This document shows positions 1 through 12,976 of a stretch of DNA of 64,000 nt, one piece after another. Under the pieces are notes generated by a model. It did not search any database. It had not been told where the DNA came from and worked only from the letters and a program-made list of their open reading frames with translations. The stretch is from Octopus bimaculoides (taxonomy: Eukaryota). The translations under genes and the position numbers were made by a program. How positions within the stretch are numbered: the stretch's first letter is position 1; every line of letters starts with the position of its first letter. The stretch lies in the NCBI RefSeq assembly GCF_001194135.2, contig NC_068982.1, positions 36,744,674 through 36,808,673 on the forward strand, read 5' to 3'.

Positions 1-124
1 TGAAATCATGGTGATACTCCAGCATGATTGCAGCCACAGGGCTTGAACGAGTAAAAGAAATAAAAGAAAATATATGGCTACATACATCTGTGTGTGTGTG
101 TGTGTATATATATATGAATTTATA

Positions 125-276
125 GCTGCATGTGTGTGTGGTAAGAAGCTTGCTTCCCAACCACATGGGGTTCAGTCCCACTAGGTGATACTTTGAGCAA
201 GTGTCTTCTATTTTAGCTTCGGGCCAACCAAAGCTTTGTGAGTGGATTTGGTAGATGGAAACTGAAAGAAGCCTAT

Positions 277-353
<77 letters not shown>

Positions 354-570
354 GTATTTATATATTTATGTGTGTGTGTGTCTTTGCATCCATGTTTGCC
401 CCACCCCCCCCAACCATTGCTTGACAATTGATGTTGGTGTGTTTGTCTTCGTAACTTATCAGTTCAGAAAAAAGTTTGATAAAATAAGTACGAGACTTAC
501 AAAGAATAAGTCCAGGGGTTGATTTCTTCAGTTAAAATACCCTTTAAGGTAATGATCCAGCATGGCTGCA
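125..570 (+). mobile_element. tRNA-derived SINE family A (tail type 1) with internal (TA)n expansion
   Basis: Head ggtaagaagcttgcttcccaaccacatgg..gttcagtccca (B-box-like), core ending ggaaactgaaagaagcc, microsatellite, tail ending ccagcatggctgca. Homologous to the near-consensus copy at 11618-12000. Confidence 0.85.
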
Positions 571-930
571 AAGCTTGCTTCCCAACTACATGGTTCTAGA
601 GTCAGTCTTGCATGGCACCTTGGGCAAGCGTCTACTACTATGGCCTTGGGCCAACCAAAGCCTTGTGAATGGGTTTGGTAGGCAGAAACTGAAAGAAGCC
701 TGTTGTATTTATGTGTGTATCTTTGTGTCTGTGTTTGTCCCCCTATTACTGCTTGACAACTGGTGTTAACATGTTTATCTCTCCATAACTTAGTGGTTCA
801 GCAAAAGAGACTGATAGAATAAGTACCAGGCTTAAAACATAAGTACTGCGGTTGATTCAGTCGACTAAAAACTCAAGGCGGTGCCCCAGCATGGCTGCAG
901 TCTAATGACTGAGACAAGTAAATGATAAAA
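571..930 (+). mobile_element. SINE family A, 5'-truncated tandem copy
   Basis: Same module order as 11618-12000; ends ggcggtgccccagcatggctgcagtctaatgactgagacaagtaaa. Confidence 0.85.
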
Positions 931-964
931 GATATAGTTTTTAGTTGAATGAACCAACCCCAGT

Positions 965-1610
965 ACTTATATGCATTTATTTCTAGAATGCTGCTAGATA
1001 AAGTCTTCACTTTCGCAAGCGAGTTTACATAGATTAGAGAACAAGATAAGGATATAATCCTCCATGCTAGAAAGATCTTACTCTTCAGCAAGAACACAGT
1101 GGGTCAAGGCAGCAGACACAGAGGGTTCTTTCGATGTGAATATGGGGTCATATGATGGAGCAGGCATATGCGATCTCATTGAGTTATTCCTACTTGACAC
1201 GTTAGGAAAAGCTTTTCCTTGTGTATATTTCACTATTTATAGGGACGATGCTCTAGCTTTAGCTAAGAATACCAATGGACCAGCACAAGATTGGTTAAGG
1301 AAGGATATTATCCATCTTATGAAAACATTTGATCTTAGCATAACAATAGATACCAACCTGATGGTTGTCAATTTCCTTGATGTATCTCTAGATTTACAAA
1401 AGAATATTTACAAACCCTATAGAAAGCCCAACAATAGACTTAGTTATATTAGTGTAGGTTCCTGTCCCTCCCCATAGTGTTTAAGAATTTAGTCAAGAAT
1501 ATTAGTAGGAGAATTTCTAGCTTCTCCAATATAAACATATTTAATAATGCTGCCCCACTATATAACAACGCCCTTAAAGCTAGTGAATTTAAAGAGGAAA
1601 TAGTTTGCAC
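965..1610 (+). pseudogene. Penelope-like element reverse transcriptase fragment (frameshifted)
   Basis: ORF 1064-1477 contains FDVNMGSYDGA, IYRDDAL, VNFLDVSLDL and YKPYRKPNN. Adjacent frames continue with IILHARK upstream and KNISRRIS..FNNAAPLYNNALKAS downstream, which are typical PLE RT motifs. Confidence 0.88.
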
Positions 1611-1683
1611 ATAGCAAACATGCCATTTGGTATTCCAATGTAAGAGTGACCAGCTATAGTGGCCATGTACGATGGTTTGTATA

Positions 1684-1728
1684 TATAGCTGATGAAGCAT
1701 AACAGTACAGAAACACATGCATTCTATG
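1684..1728 (+). ncRNA. Degenerate type I hammerhead-ribozyme-like motif at the PLE 3' side
   Basis: ATAG-CTGATGA-A-[GCATAACAGTACA]-GAAA-CACATGCAT-T-CTAT. Stem I ATAG/CTAT closes. Stem III ACACATGCAT becomes the palindrome ACGCATGCGT if two CpG>CpA changes are reverted. Stem II is degraded. Confidence 0.55.
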
Positions 1729-2980
1729 GTCTGGTGATATCATTCATGGCCTAGTGGTGTGTTTACACCCATATTGTCTATAAGAAGAATTTCTTCCCTC
1801 AAGACAATTTGTGCAGTATATTGTCTTTCTATGTCTGCATGTAAATGAACAAGTTAAATATGATTGTAAATAAGTGTATAATATTTGTTGTGAGTTTTTT
1901 TTTTTTATGTTTCCATTATATAGTGCTTAACATTTATAATATGTATATAGAGGCAACTATTTTGTTGTTTCGAATCTCTTCAGAATGGAACAGTTTCAAG
2001 TTTGTTCATTACGTCATTTACATTACAATATGAAAGAATATTTTGGACTATAGAGATGAGAGAGATATATTGAAAAAGCATTTCACTAAGAAGTCATATT
2101 TGTTCACACTTTATCTATTGTATGGAATGAGAAGTAAATGTAATTTTAAAATTTACGTGCAGCTTGGAACATTCCCAATTCTTTTCTTCTCCTGTGAAAA
2201 TAACTTCTCAGCTGCAGTTGTTACAATAGTTACAGGTAAATCATAAGCCATCTCTCTATTGTGTTGTTATTAGAAGTTTAGTTCAAGCCTTTTCCAGCAG
2301 AGTGCTTAAACTTGTACTCCCTCATGCATGTCTCGGCAAATGCTCACTCAATAACGTTCATGTAGAACACCAAAGATTAAAGGAGAACTACAATTGTTTG
2401 GTTAGAATGTGTGTTATGTAGTAAGCTGTTTCATTGGTTTTTCAATCCTATTGCAAGGAAGAGACACATCTTGACAAGAGTCAATTATATCATATCTTTT
2501 CATTGGACAAGTAAATTCAAATTTAACAAAAAGAAATATATTTTTTCTTTCAACTTTTAAAACCTTAATATTTGAACACAAGTAACTATTTTAATCTATC
2601 TAAATCACTTCAGTTTGAAGCAATTTTCTTAATTTTATCTTTTACAATAGAGAATGAGAAAATATTTTGTGAATTGATTAAGAGACATGGAGATAGCATT
2701 TCATTAAGGGGAAGTTGTTTTGTTTCATAGGTCATCAGTTGTATAAATGTGTGTATATATATTTGTGCTTAAGTATATATCTGTGTATATATAATGGTTT
2801 ATGTGTGTGGATATGTATATATGTGAATATAAACTATGTTTTTATATATACCTATTATTTTAAGGAAATCAATTCCCCCAAAATAATAGGTATTGAACCA
2901 GTATTTCCTTGGATGAAATCATCCCTTCATGTAGTTAACACAACCTTTAATTGAAGTGTGTATATATATATATATATATA

Positions 2981-3160
2981 TCAGGTCATCCCATAAGTTT
3001 TGTCCAAATTTTGAATAAAGAAAACAAGTGATCAAATGTTATATTTAATTGAAATTTAATCATCAATGTACTTTCCCTGATTATCTATGACTTCCTTCCA
3101 TCTATTTACAAGCTTTTTAATCCTATCAGTGTAAAACTCTTTTGGTTTCAAGCGAAGAAC
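2981..3160 (-). mobile_element. mariner transposon 3' end (transposase C-terminus plus TIR)
   Basis: Minus strand reads KPKEFYTDRIKKLVNRWKEVIDNQGKYIDD* (stop 3056-3058). Terminus tcaggtcatcccataag is preceded by TA. Confidence 0.85.
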
Positions 3161-4170
3161 ATCTGATGCCTCTTATGCCCAACTTTTCTCTCAAATCCTA
3201 GCTTCATTTCTTTCAAGCCTACACATGTCCTAGGTAGTCTCAGCTCATGTTTCGCTGCTGTGTAGCATGGCTGTTCATACACAGGCATTATACAATCTAC
3301 CTTTCACTCTGAGAGAGAGGCCCTTTGTTACCAACAGAGCTAGGCACTCTCTGAACTTTGCCCAGCCTGTTATTCTAGCAGTTATGCTCTCAGAGCATCC
3401 ACCCTTTTACTGATTTGGTTACGTAGGTAACGGAAGCCGTCAACTATTTTTAGTTTTCCCCCCTGGCATTTGATGAAGTCTATTTTCTGTACACTTTTAG
3501 TGTTAATTGCAGCTTCCACATGCAAAAACTATTTTCCCTGTCAACCTTCTGATATTGCTGCACCTCTTACATATCCATAGCTTACACTGGGTACATCTTA
3601 CGGAGTTTCTATCTATGCTTTTTCTACAGATTGAGCAGGGTCATCTACCTGAAGGGACTTGTGATTTGTCTGCTCTCCTACTTACTAAGACTTTAGTTTT
3701 CTCTAGATTAACTCTAAGGCCCTTTGATTCTAAACCTTGCTTCCACACCTGAAATTTCTGCTCTAGTTCTGGTAGTGATTCAGTTACCTATTGGTCACTG
3801 TCATTTGTCGACGAGGTAATCTGCAGAAGGGTGTTAAACCAATCTTTCTATTCATCTGGCAGCCTCTGTTGAGGAATATAGGCAGAAATAATAGATGCTG
3901 TACTACTTTGCAAAACTAGTCTAAGCATAAGTATTCCATCACTCATTCTAACTACCTTGATCACCTTATCAATGCATTTATCAGCAAGATGTTCGTTACC
4001 AACACCATCACTGCCTATCATTGTCTACTCAGAAGATTTTATACCTCTGTTCTTTGCCTGTGAGGAACCTGGCAGAAGCTCCCCTCCATCTTACCTCGTG
4101 AATGCAACATCTACATCCCTTTGTTTCAGCTGAGTATGCCAATTTTAAGTGGGAGGAAGGGGTTGCAAGA
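3160..4170 (-). mobile_element. RTE-clade LINE, internally deleted (APE N-terminus fused to RT C-terminus)
   Basis: Minus strand: CCIHEVRWRGASARFLTGKEQRYKIF and IISAY (APE), then LEQKFQVWKQGLESKGLRVNLEKTKVLVS, a Cys-rich finger and GRLYNACV, with stops and frameshifts. Confidence 0.85.
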
Positions 4171-4844
4171 AGAGACAGAAAGATGAGAGACAACATTCTG
4201 CATTTGAAAAGGTTTGCATGAACATTTGCCAAATATGTCATATAGTTTCATATATGTTTCATCCTGCATTTCATTCACGTCACACTTGCTGTGTCTACCA
4301 AATGATGAAAGAAGAGGGTATGGTATAAACCATTGCATACACAGAGATAAAATAACAACAGTAATTAACCCACTAGCAAGAACATTAGTCATATTTCTGA
4401 TACAAACATGCTAGTTAAGCCTTTTTTATATTGTATTGTATTGTTGCTGCTGGTGAGCTGTTGTTGGCAGGAGAGAAGGGGCAGAAGTGCAAGAGAGTTT
4501 TCCATACAGGTATCTGGTATAAAAGGTTTACATAAGAGAGACTTCCTGTATAGGTTGTGGGGTGGGATGGGAGGGCACACCACAAAAGACCAAGCTGTAT
4601 GGCTATACTGTGACTGAGTCACAGTAATGGGGAGGAAAGATATATCTGTTCATAGGCCAAAATGAAACTAATATGGAAAAAACAAAATGAAGAGGCAAAA
4701 ACAGCACATTTTTACTTGGATTAATTAACATAAATAATATTTAACACTTAGCTTAAAATAGTGAGGCTGTAGACATGGTAGAAGCAATTTGAATGGAATA
4801 AAATTATGCTAAAATTAAAAGCAAGGAAAACAGCAATCATCATT

Positions 4845-5120
4845 TTAGGTCTGCCTTCCATGCTGATATGGGTGGGATGGTTTGATAGGAGCTGGCCAGG
4901 CAGAAGCCTGCACCAGACTTCTGTGTTTGTTTTGGCAGTATTTTTACAGCTGGATGCCCTTCCTAACACCAACCACCCAGCAGAGTGGACTGAGTGCATT
5001 TTAAGTGGTACAAGCACAGTTGCAGTCAGTTTTGGCAAGGTTTTTACAATCAGTTCACAGTGTGGACTAGATGCTTTTTAAGTGGCACTTGTACTGACAG
5101 GGTCACCAAGTAACTTGCAT
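4845..5120 (-). mobile_element. RTE LINE 3' UTR fragment
   Basis: gccttccatgctgatatgggtgggatggtttga..ctggatgcccttcctaacaccaaccac, homologous to the tails at 16601 and 46225. Confidence 0.75.
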
Positions 5121-5414
5121 TATGAAGTTGCGTAGCATTACTTTCAATTCTTTTAATATATATACTGCTCTTCGCATGGACACATGCAGCACACACACAC
5201 AAGAAATCCTGTGAACGAAACAGGATTGTTTTCCAGAATGGAGACAAACACCTTTCTCCATGTGATCAGCTTGAAAAATTGTTAAGATACTTGGATATTT
5301 TCCCACTCTTCTTAACATGAAACCAATGGTAGCCTTAATTCATAAATAAAGAAATTATTTATCCACCAATGCTGTGGTGTTGAGCACTCATTCCAATGTT
5401 CTACTTTTACATAC

Positions 5415-5468
<54 letters not shown>

Positions 5469-6104
5469 TACATTTATCTGATCTCGATTCCGCTACTACT
5501 TTATGGCTGATTATCCAAATGGAAAAGCAATGTATCTAATAATATCAAAATGTCCAAATTTGCAAAACTTATCCAAATAATAAAATTTTAATTTTTAAAC
5601 TGTCAGCTTCATCTTAGGAGATGGAACCAGTTTTAATAGCTATATCTTGCATGTTTGAATCTCTGATTATCATTCTTTTATTAATAGGTCATACCAAACA
5701 GAGCTATAATGCTTTTATTTGCACATGCATCAGTTGCATTATTATCCTTAGTTTAAAATAAAATTTTCTCATTTGAATCCAGTGTAGGACTGTCTGCACA
5801 TCCAAGAATAGATACTTCATGACAACCAAGTGTTCAGACTACTTGAAACTATTCAAAATGCTTTTAACATTTATCAAACTTTTAACATTTATCAAACTCA
5901 TTTTTGAAATTGAAATAACTTATTTAAATGATTGTTTTCAGTGTGCTTATTTTCTTTTTATTCTAGGTCTCTGCATTGTAGGTTACTTTTTGATAGATAA
6001 CGTCTTATCTATGGCCCTTGTCTTTTGAGGATTTTATATAATTGTGGATTTACACTACTGAGTTGGAAAAAAATTTAATACTGATTAATTGTCATTAATT
6101 TGAC

Positions 6105-6177
6105 ATGGAGAAATCTATGACAGAAACATTCCCTGAAGAAGATGATGAGTTTGGACAAAAGATTAAATCACGTGCTG
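6105..6177 (+). CDS. Candidate host coding exon (MEKSMTETFPEEDDEFGQKIKSRA, phase-1 donor)
   Basis: Open non-repetitive frame ending at CTG|GTAAGA (6178); strong polypyrimidine acceptor ttttctttttattctag at about 5966. No downstream exon or homology established. Confidence 0.4.
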
Positions 6178-6299
6178 GTAAGAAATAATTTTTCTCTTTT
6201 TCTTTATTTGTATACTTTGAGGTTTTATTTTGGGTAACTTTTTCGTTGCCCTCGTATCATTATTTGGCTTCACAAATTAATATTCAGGAACAAGGCTGT

Positions 6300-6640
6300 C
6301 TACACTTATTGCAGGCTTGCATGTGGCTGGTGAGGCTGAAATAGAATTGGAAGCCACTGTAGTAGCTGCAAATGAAATTCTGTTCTGGGTTCAGTGCTAC
6401 TATATCATGGTTCTACCGCTGTCTCCTTTTGTTCTCAAAGCCCACTCTCTGTCACTGTACTCAGAAAAGAATTCACCTTGGAGAAGTGATTTTGGTAAAT
6501 TGTCCTACTCAGTGCAGCTGCATCTTCAACAGCATGGTCTTGATGATAACGATCTCTTTATGTTTGAGAACTTCAATATTAGTAACAAATCACTCCAGTT
6601 GATATTGAAGAGAATTTAGAGGTAGTGTTGTTAGAAGTAA
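6300..6640 (-). mobile_element. RTE/BovB-like LINE ORF2 C-terminal fragment
   Basis: Minus strand across frameshifts: ILFNINWSD, FVTNIEVLK..IKTMLLKMQLH*VG, LPKSLLQGEF, similar to the RTE C-terminal LRWxGHV..LPK.LLYGEL region. Confidence 0.65.
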
Positions 6641-7544
6641 GAGAATGAAAGCCCTACTTTACAGATATTCCTGCTGGGAATATTTTGCAAGGCATAAAGC
6701 TTTCCTGCTCATAGTGTCAAACATTTTGATAAGGTTTACAAATATCACATAAGTCACTTGTCCTGTTCCCTACATTTCTCTTGAAGCTTCCTGAGAATAA
6801 ATATCATATCAACTAACCAATCTTATGAAAAGGTGTTATAATCACCTTGAAAGATATATGCAAACATATTTTTCACTAATTAAAGTGGAAACTACTGTTC
6901 ATGTGTTCCTGAAAGCCAGATTTGGTTCTTGGTTTTTCTTTCTTTCTTAACAAACGATTCTGTCAACAATAAATTTGTTGGTTTTCTTTCTCTCTGTTCC
7001 AATTTAAAAGTACTGCGTGATGTACTTCTCTATCGTTATATATTGAAATACATATCACCAAATATTCACTTCTTTTAGGTTGCAGCTGCAAACATTACTA
7101 TACTCTTTCCAATTAAACAACACAGTATGGTTCCAACTTCATGAAGGGAAGAGCAATCCTTTGTTGGTCTAATTTTAATCTTATATTTAAAAGCAATTTG
7201 CTCGACCATACAAAAATGATGCTCTGTCACTTAATCTCAGTAATCATTATGTATCTATAAATTGGCATACCATCAACCTTTACATTGTTCAGGAACTGTT
7301 AGGTTCCACTTGCACTACATGACCCTAAAGTTGGTATATTAATAACATTTTTTGATGAATTGCTTTATCAGCTTGTGAATACTTTTCAAGTCCAAGTTTA
7401 CTGCTTTTTTTTTTTTTTTGCTTTTAATATTTTNNNNNNNNNNNNNNNNNNNNNNNNNNNNNNNNNNNNNNNNNNNNNNNNNNNNNNNNNNNNNNNNNNT
7501 ATATATATATATATATATATATATATGAGTGATGATCAGTTATT

Positions 7545-7575
<31 letters not shown>

Positions 7576-8754
7576 AATGTATATGTATGTGCGCATGTGT
7601 ATGTGTGGGTATTTATGTGTATATATATATATATATATATATCTATCTATGTATATATAAAATCAACCTGTTGTATAGCCTTTGGGTTAGATATTTTCTA
7701 GATTTAGTTTGGAAATTGTTCCTTGTAAACGTATTTATATCTCTAAGTAGGTGTTATAATTTAATGTAAAGCATCTTGGAAGCATAAGAAAGAATGTGCA
7801 AGCTTCTGCTGGAATGTGCCTTTTTATTTGTTTTTAATTCTTTTTAAGGAAGGGTGTTTATTCTTTATATTATATAATTTTAAAAATTAATAAAGAATAC
7901 TAATTTGGCTAATTATATTTTAATGAGATTTTAAATTGTAATTTGACACTTTTGTTGATTGTTAAGGAAAGGAAAAAGTGATAGATGAAGTAGGAAATTC
8001 AATATCTAGTTATTCATATAATGTGAAATGTCGTATGGACAATGATATTCAAATGAAAGGTTATTCAGTGGTTGCCAGTAATTAGAGCATTGGTACAAAG
8101 TGAAAAAAGACTGTGGCATACTTCACTAAAATAAATGTAACACAGGTTTGAATGAATTGATTGATTAGATTTGTAAACCTTCTGTTTAAAGAAAAATGTA
8201 CAGGAACACAAGTTTAATTAACTACGTAATGAATTTTATGATAAAATGTTTAATTGTTTTGCAATGAAATAAACTAGATAGAAACAATTAAAAATAATTT
8301 AGTTGTGATTGTTTCGTGAAAGGCTTCATTTAGACATTAAAATTCTGTCTTGTGTGTATGAACATTGAAAAACATTAAATTTGTTTTATTCGTTAATTTA
8401 ATGTCAGCTAGACAAAATTTAGTGCAAGTTTGTAGAAATGTAATGCATATTTCAATTGTTTTTATGCTTGTTTCTCTATAATAGTATGGGTTAGGTGGAT
8501 ATATTATTGAGGTATTGTGTTATAGCTCGATGTCTATCCTGTCACCCTTACCTACCTGTTTTCAAGTAAGAGATCTCTAATTTCACACATCTTCAAATTT
8601 TCAAAGGCACAAAGCCAGTGGATGATTTTTTAAGAGGGGAAATAGCCATGTCACTACTTATAGCTCAACAGTTTATGGAGAAGTGCAAATGTAAACACAC
8701 ATATAAGTACACATACACACCACATGCATGCACACAGACAGAGAAACACATACA

Positions 8755-8891
8755 CATATGACAGGCTTCTTTCAGTTTCTCTCGACCAAGTCCACTTACA
8801 AGGCTTGGTCAGCTGTAGTTAGAAGACACTTGTCCAAAGTACTGTGCAGCTGTGGGACTGACCTTAAAGCGACATGATTGGGAAGCATACT
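8755..8891 (-). mobile_element. SINE family A 5' fragment
   Basis: ggcttctttcagtttc..tagaagacacttgtcc..gggactga. Confidence 0.8.
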
Positions 8892-9407
8892 GCCAATATT
8901 AAAATTTGGAATCTGTTTATCTTTTTGTGGATATTTTAAATTTTGCAAAAACAATAATCTGTACTGCAAAAATGTTTTGGCTAATGCACAAGTCCCACCT
9001 AAATAACTTTTAGTGCATTTCTGGTCTTTAGAAAACTGAAGAATGCTTTTATATCAACACAGTAAAGTACTTTCCAATTATCCACAGAAATCAGACAATT
9101 AAGATTAAATTGATGGGTGCATTAAAGAGTGTTTTAGATAATTTATAAATCTGACTCTGAAAGTGAAAATTTTAAACTTCATTATACATTAAGAAGAAAG
9201 AGGAATGATAGGGGGAGGTGAAAAAGATTGAAAGCATTATATAGGTGTTAATTGGGTAAAGTTAATGTATTGTTAGAGAGAAAAAACAAGGAAGAAAGAG
9301 AGACACAAAAGAAGGCTGAGTAGTAGTCATAGTGTTCATATGTTTTTGCATATGTTAGGCTCATAATAGAAAATGCACTCACCTGTATAGAGACATAGGC
9401 ACATTGT

Positions 9408-9785
9408 ATAGGCATGGCTGTATAAGAGGTATGCTACCCCACCACATGGTTCCAGGATCAGTCCTACTGAGTGCTGCCTTGGGTAAGTGTCTTCTATAAC
9501 TCTGGGCCAACCAAAGCCTTGTGAGTGGATTTGGTTGATAGAAATTCAAAGAAACCCGTTGTATGTATGTATATATCTATGTATGTGTTACTGTTTGTTC
9601 CCCACTACCGCTTGACAACCAGTCTTGGTTTGTTTACATCCCTATAAGTTAGCAGTTCAGCAAAAGAGACCAATAGAATAAGTACCAGGCTTAAAAATAA
9701 GTGCTGTAGTCGAGTCATTTGACTAAAGCCCTTCAAAGCAGTGCCCCTGTATGGCTGCAGTTTAGTAACCAAAACATATAAAAGA
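9408..9785 (+). mobile_element. SINE family A, full length, diverged
   Basis: Head ggcatggctgt, core, microsatellite and tail type 1 all present. Confidence 0.85.
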
Positions 9786-9792
9786 TATTTGC

Positions 9793-9888
9793 TTTTACTG
9801 CTCTCAGTCGACTCCTGCCATACTGGGGCGCCACCTTCATGAATTTAGTCAATCATTATCAACCCCAGTACTTAAGCCTGGTATTTCT
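9793..9888 (-). mobile_element. SINE family A tail fragment, tail-to-tail with previous copy
   Basis: ctgccatactggggcgccaccttc..tttagtcaa..atcaaccccagtactt. Confidence 0.6.
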
Positions 9889-10192
9889 TTCAGCAACATA
9901 AAAATAATGCTTGTTTTCAAGCAGTGTAAATATAAATACAAATACACACACATATTAATTGCACAGTAAATTTTGCTTTATGTGTAATTTAATATTCATT
10001 GAGCTCTTCTATGAGCCATACCTGTCTTTAGGTTGTGAACTTACACCTCCCCCACTTGCACATAAAGTTGAGGTGTCCTCTTAACTTCAAATCTAAAGTT
10101 TTCTAGATGACATGACAACCTCTATGTGCTGGTGCTATGATAAAATACACCCAGTATCCTCTGGATAAACTAAATCTCCTGTTTTATTCTGC

Positions 10193-10232
<40 letters not shown>

Positions 10233-10678
10233 CGCGTGCGTGTGTGCATGTGTAGAAACCAAAAATGAAGCATTAAAACCAGACATGATTCTATGATTAC
10301 TTTTAGAGAAGAGTGACTCTGAATAAGGGCTGGTTCAGCCTGTGGAAATTCATACAATCCATACTAGCTTGGAAAGCAGATATGAAAAGATAATTGCATA
10401 GGTTTTAAAAAAATGTGTTATGGATGCACTTAATGGATCAGAACATGATACGAACTGATAATGAAACAATTGGTGGAAAGTGGTGTTAATTCAGCTTCTG
10501 ATAACAATAGATAATGAAATGGTATTGATTAAGCTATAAATCATAATTTGATAAAAAATTTTAATTGTTTATACTTACATGTAATAATAGCAAAACTGTG
10601 CATTTTATATGTATGCATCTTTTTCTTCATGTTAAAAAAATTATTTCACAGTGTGGGTGTGTGTGGGTGGGTGGGTGC

Positions 10679-10812
10679 AATGTAGCTGTGTGTTAAGTTT
10701 CTCAATCGTTTTCATGTTTAGTCCCACTGTGTATCATCTTGGGCTACTGACTTCTACTTTAGTCTTGGATCAACCAAAGCCTTGTGAGTAGATTTGGTTG
10801 ACAGAAACTAAA
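10679..10812 (+). mobile_element. SINE family A 5' fragment
   Basis: gtagctgtgtgttaag..ttagtcccactg..caaccaaagccttgtgagt..gaaactaaa. Confidence 0.75.
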
Positions 10813-11039
10813 ATGATGTACTGCACTCATCCATACATAATACTCCTTATATATAATGTGCAGTTGTTTTGATTTTTAATGAGAAAAGAAATGTGTCCAC
10901 AGTTAATGCATAGATTTGTTATTATTGCATGTATGGCTTTAAAAGATAAGAATTTTGTCAAATTATGGTTTTTATATTTAAATTAATATCTTTGCATTAT
11001 CCACTATTGTCAGACTTTGAATCAATATCACTTTTGACA

Positions 11040-11560
11040 AATTGTTCACTTAGATTTGTTTCATCAGCATCAGTTTCTCCTTGCCGTATAATATCATCTT
11101 CTACTCTACCAAATATTTTAGTAATTTGGCAGTTTTAAAACTTCATGTTGCATTATCTGTGAGATGGCCACAAAATGAATCTAAAATATAATCATTGATT
11201 TTGGTTTAAGCAAAGCACCAGCATGATTCCAAACCAAATGATTCTATTCCTCAACCATATTACTGCATTTACAGTCGTTTTCATTAGCATGAGTAGTAAT
11301 ATATTTTCATATTTAATCCCTTTATGCTGCATTTTACGTTTGGATATAGCATGAAGAGGCAGTTTACTACCATCAGAAGTTATAGCTAGTAATAACTGTA
11401 CAATGCTATTTTCCATTGCTACCTGTACAAACAGTTTTAGTCCCACTTCAGTCAAGAGTCATATCAGCTGGTATCTCAAAATATTCTGGCATTTAGTCAG
11501 TAAATACAGGTTTTTCTTAATTTGGTATGGAATAAGTTTTTGTTCATAGTCTTTAGGCAA
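11040..11560 (-). pseudogene. pogo-family DDE transposase fragment
   Basis: ORF 11192-11455 LLLAITSDGSKLPLHAISKRK resembles pogo TVxLAxTADGxKLPPxVIFKRK. The upstream frame reads YFEIPADMTLD..GTKTV and the downstream frame reads GRVEDDII. Confidence 0.7.
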
Positions 11561-11617
11561 ATGTTGACACATTCTACAACATACTGATAGAATAACTATT
11601 TATAAAACATAGCAATT

Positions 11618-12000
11618 CTTTTACTCTTTTATTTGTTTCAGTCATTTGACTGCGGCCATGCTGGAGCACCGCCTTTAGTCGAGCAAATCGACCCCGGGAC
11701 TTATTCTTTGTAAGCATAGTACTTATTCTATCGGTCTCTTTTGCCGAACCGCTAAGTGACGGAGACATAAACACACCAGCATTGGTTGTCAAGCAATGCT
11801 AGGGGGACAAACACACACACACACACATATACATATATACGACGGGCTTCTTTCAGTTTCCGTCCACCAAATCCACTCACAAGGCTTTGGTCGGCCCGAG
11901 GCTAGTAGAAGACACTTGCCCAAGGTGCCACGCAGTGGGACTGAACCCGGAACCATGTGGTTGATAAGCAAGCTACTTACCACACAGCCACTCCTGTGCC
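11618..12000 (-). mobile_element. SINE family A, full length, youngest copy in window (CpGs intact)
   Basis: Minus strand begins ggcacaggagtggctgtgtgg (A-box-like) and ccgggttcagtccc (B-box-like); ends gctccagcatggccgcagtcaaatgactgaaacaaat. Confidence 0.92.
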
Positions 12001-12549
12001 TATATGAATTATCTTGAACTGAGAATTTGAATATGCATCATTTCACAAAAATCACAAAAATCTTTTTCAGGTTTACTTCCTCTTCTTTATGCTACAAATG
12101 AATAGTGAATTCATTTAATTCCAAATTGTCTGGATGCTTTACAGTAATGTAAATCTTAATCACCACATCATAAAAAAATTGGGAGATAATTTGTTGCCGT
12201 GGTTATCTTTCCATCATTATTGTTACAATTATCTGATACCTTATACAGTGCTGGCAAAAGGTTTAATAGTTGTTCCTGGCCATGTTGCAGTAAATATAGT
12301 TCTACAATAAGCCAATCAGTTCTCATAACATTATGCATGTGTTGATGATTTTTTTTTTCTTTAGGATAGAAATATTTAATTAGATGCTTTACTTAATCCC
12401 AATTTAATCTGAGTAAAATGTGATGTAAAAAACATTCAACGTTATGAGAATTTAACTGTTTGTTTCTGCTTGTAAGTACTTTATTGAAGACAGTTTTTGT
12501 TGTTAATTGATAATTTTATTGATTAGATTTCATAAGTGCAATCATGACC

Positions 12550-12744
12550 TGTTGGAAAGAAGTTTGGTTTTCAACCATATGGTTCTTGATTCAGTCCCAC
12601 TGCATGACATCTTCACAGCAAGTGTCTTCTACTATAACCTCAAGTCAGCCAAATCCATACAAGTAGATTTGGTAAACGGAAACTGAAAGAAGCCCATTGT
12701 GTGCGCACGCATGTGTGTGTGTGTGTGTGTGTGTGTGTACGTAT
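12550..12744 (+). mobile_element. SINE family A 5' half, ending in (TG)n at the Helitron terminus
   Basis: ttcagtcccactgcatg..ggaaactgaaagaagccc followed by a microsatellite. Confidence 0.8.
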
Positions 12745-12976
12745 ACTAGCAGAGGCACCCGGCGTTGCCTGGGGAAAGAAATTTTCCCTTACACATTGGA
12801 AGAAAAAAGCAAAATTTGTTGTATAGAAATTTGTTATTCTAAATACAATTTATTCTTTAATTGGGAAATCAATTCTGAATTCATAATACCAAATAAAAAT
12901 AATAATAATAAACGAAAATACAAAATTTGCCGATTTTATGAAAGGAGATAAATTCTACCACATATGTTGAGAGAAA

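Noticed and set aside
11930-12000. tRNA genes at SINE heads (also 45585 and 29129)
   Set aside because: A/B-box-like motifs only; no complete cloverleaf is evident and they are attached to SINE bodies.
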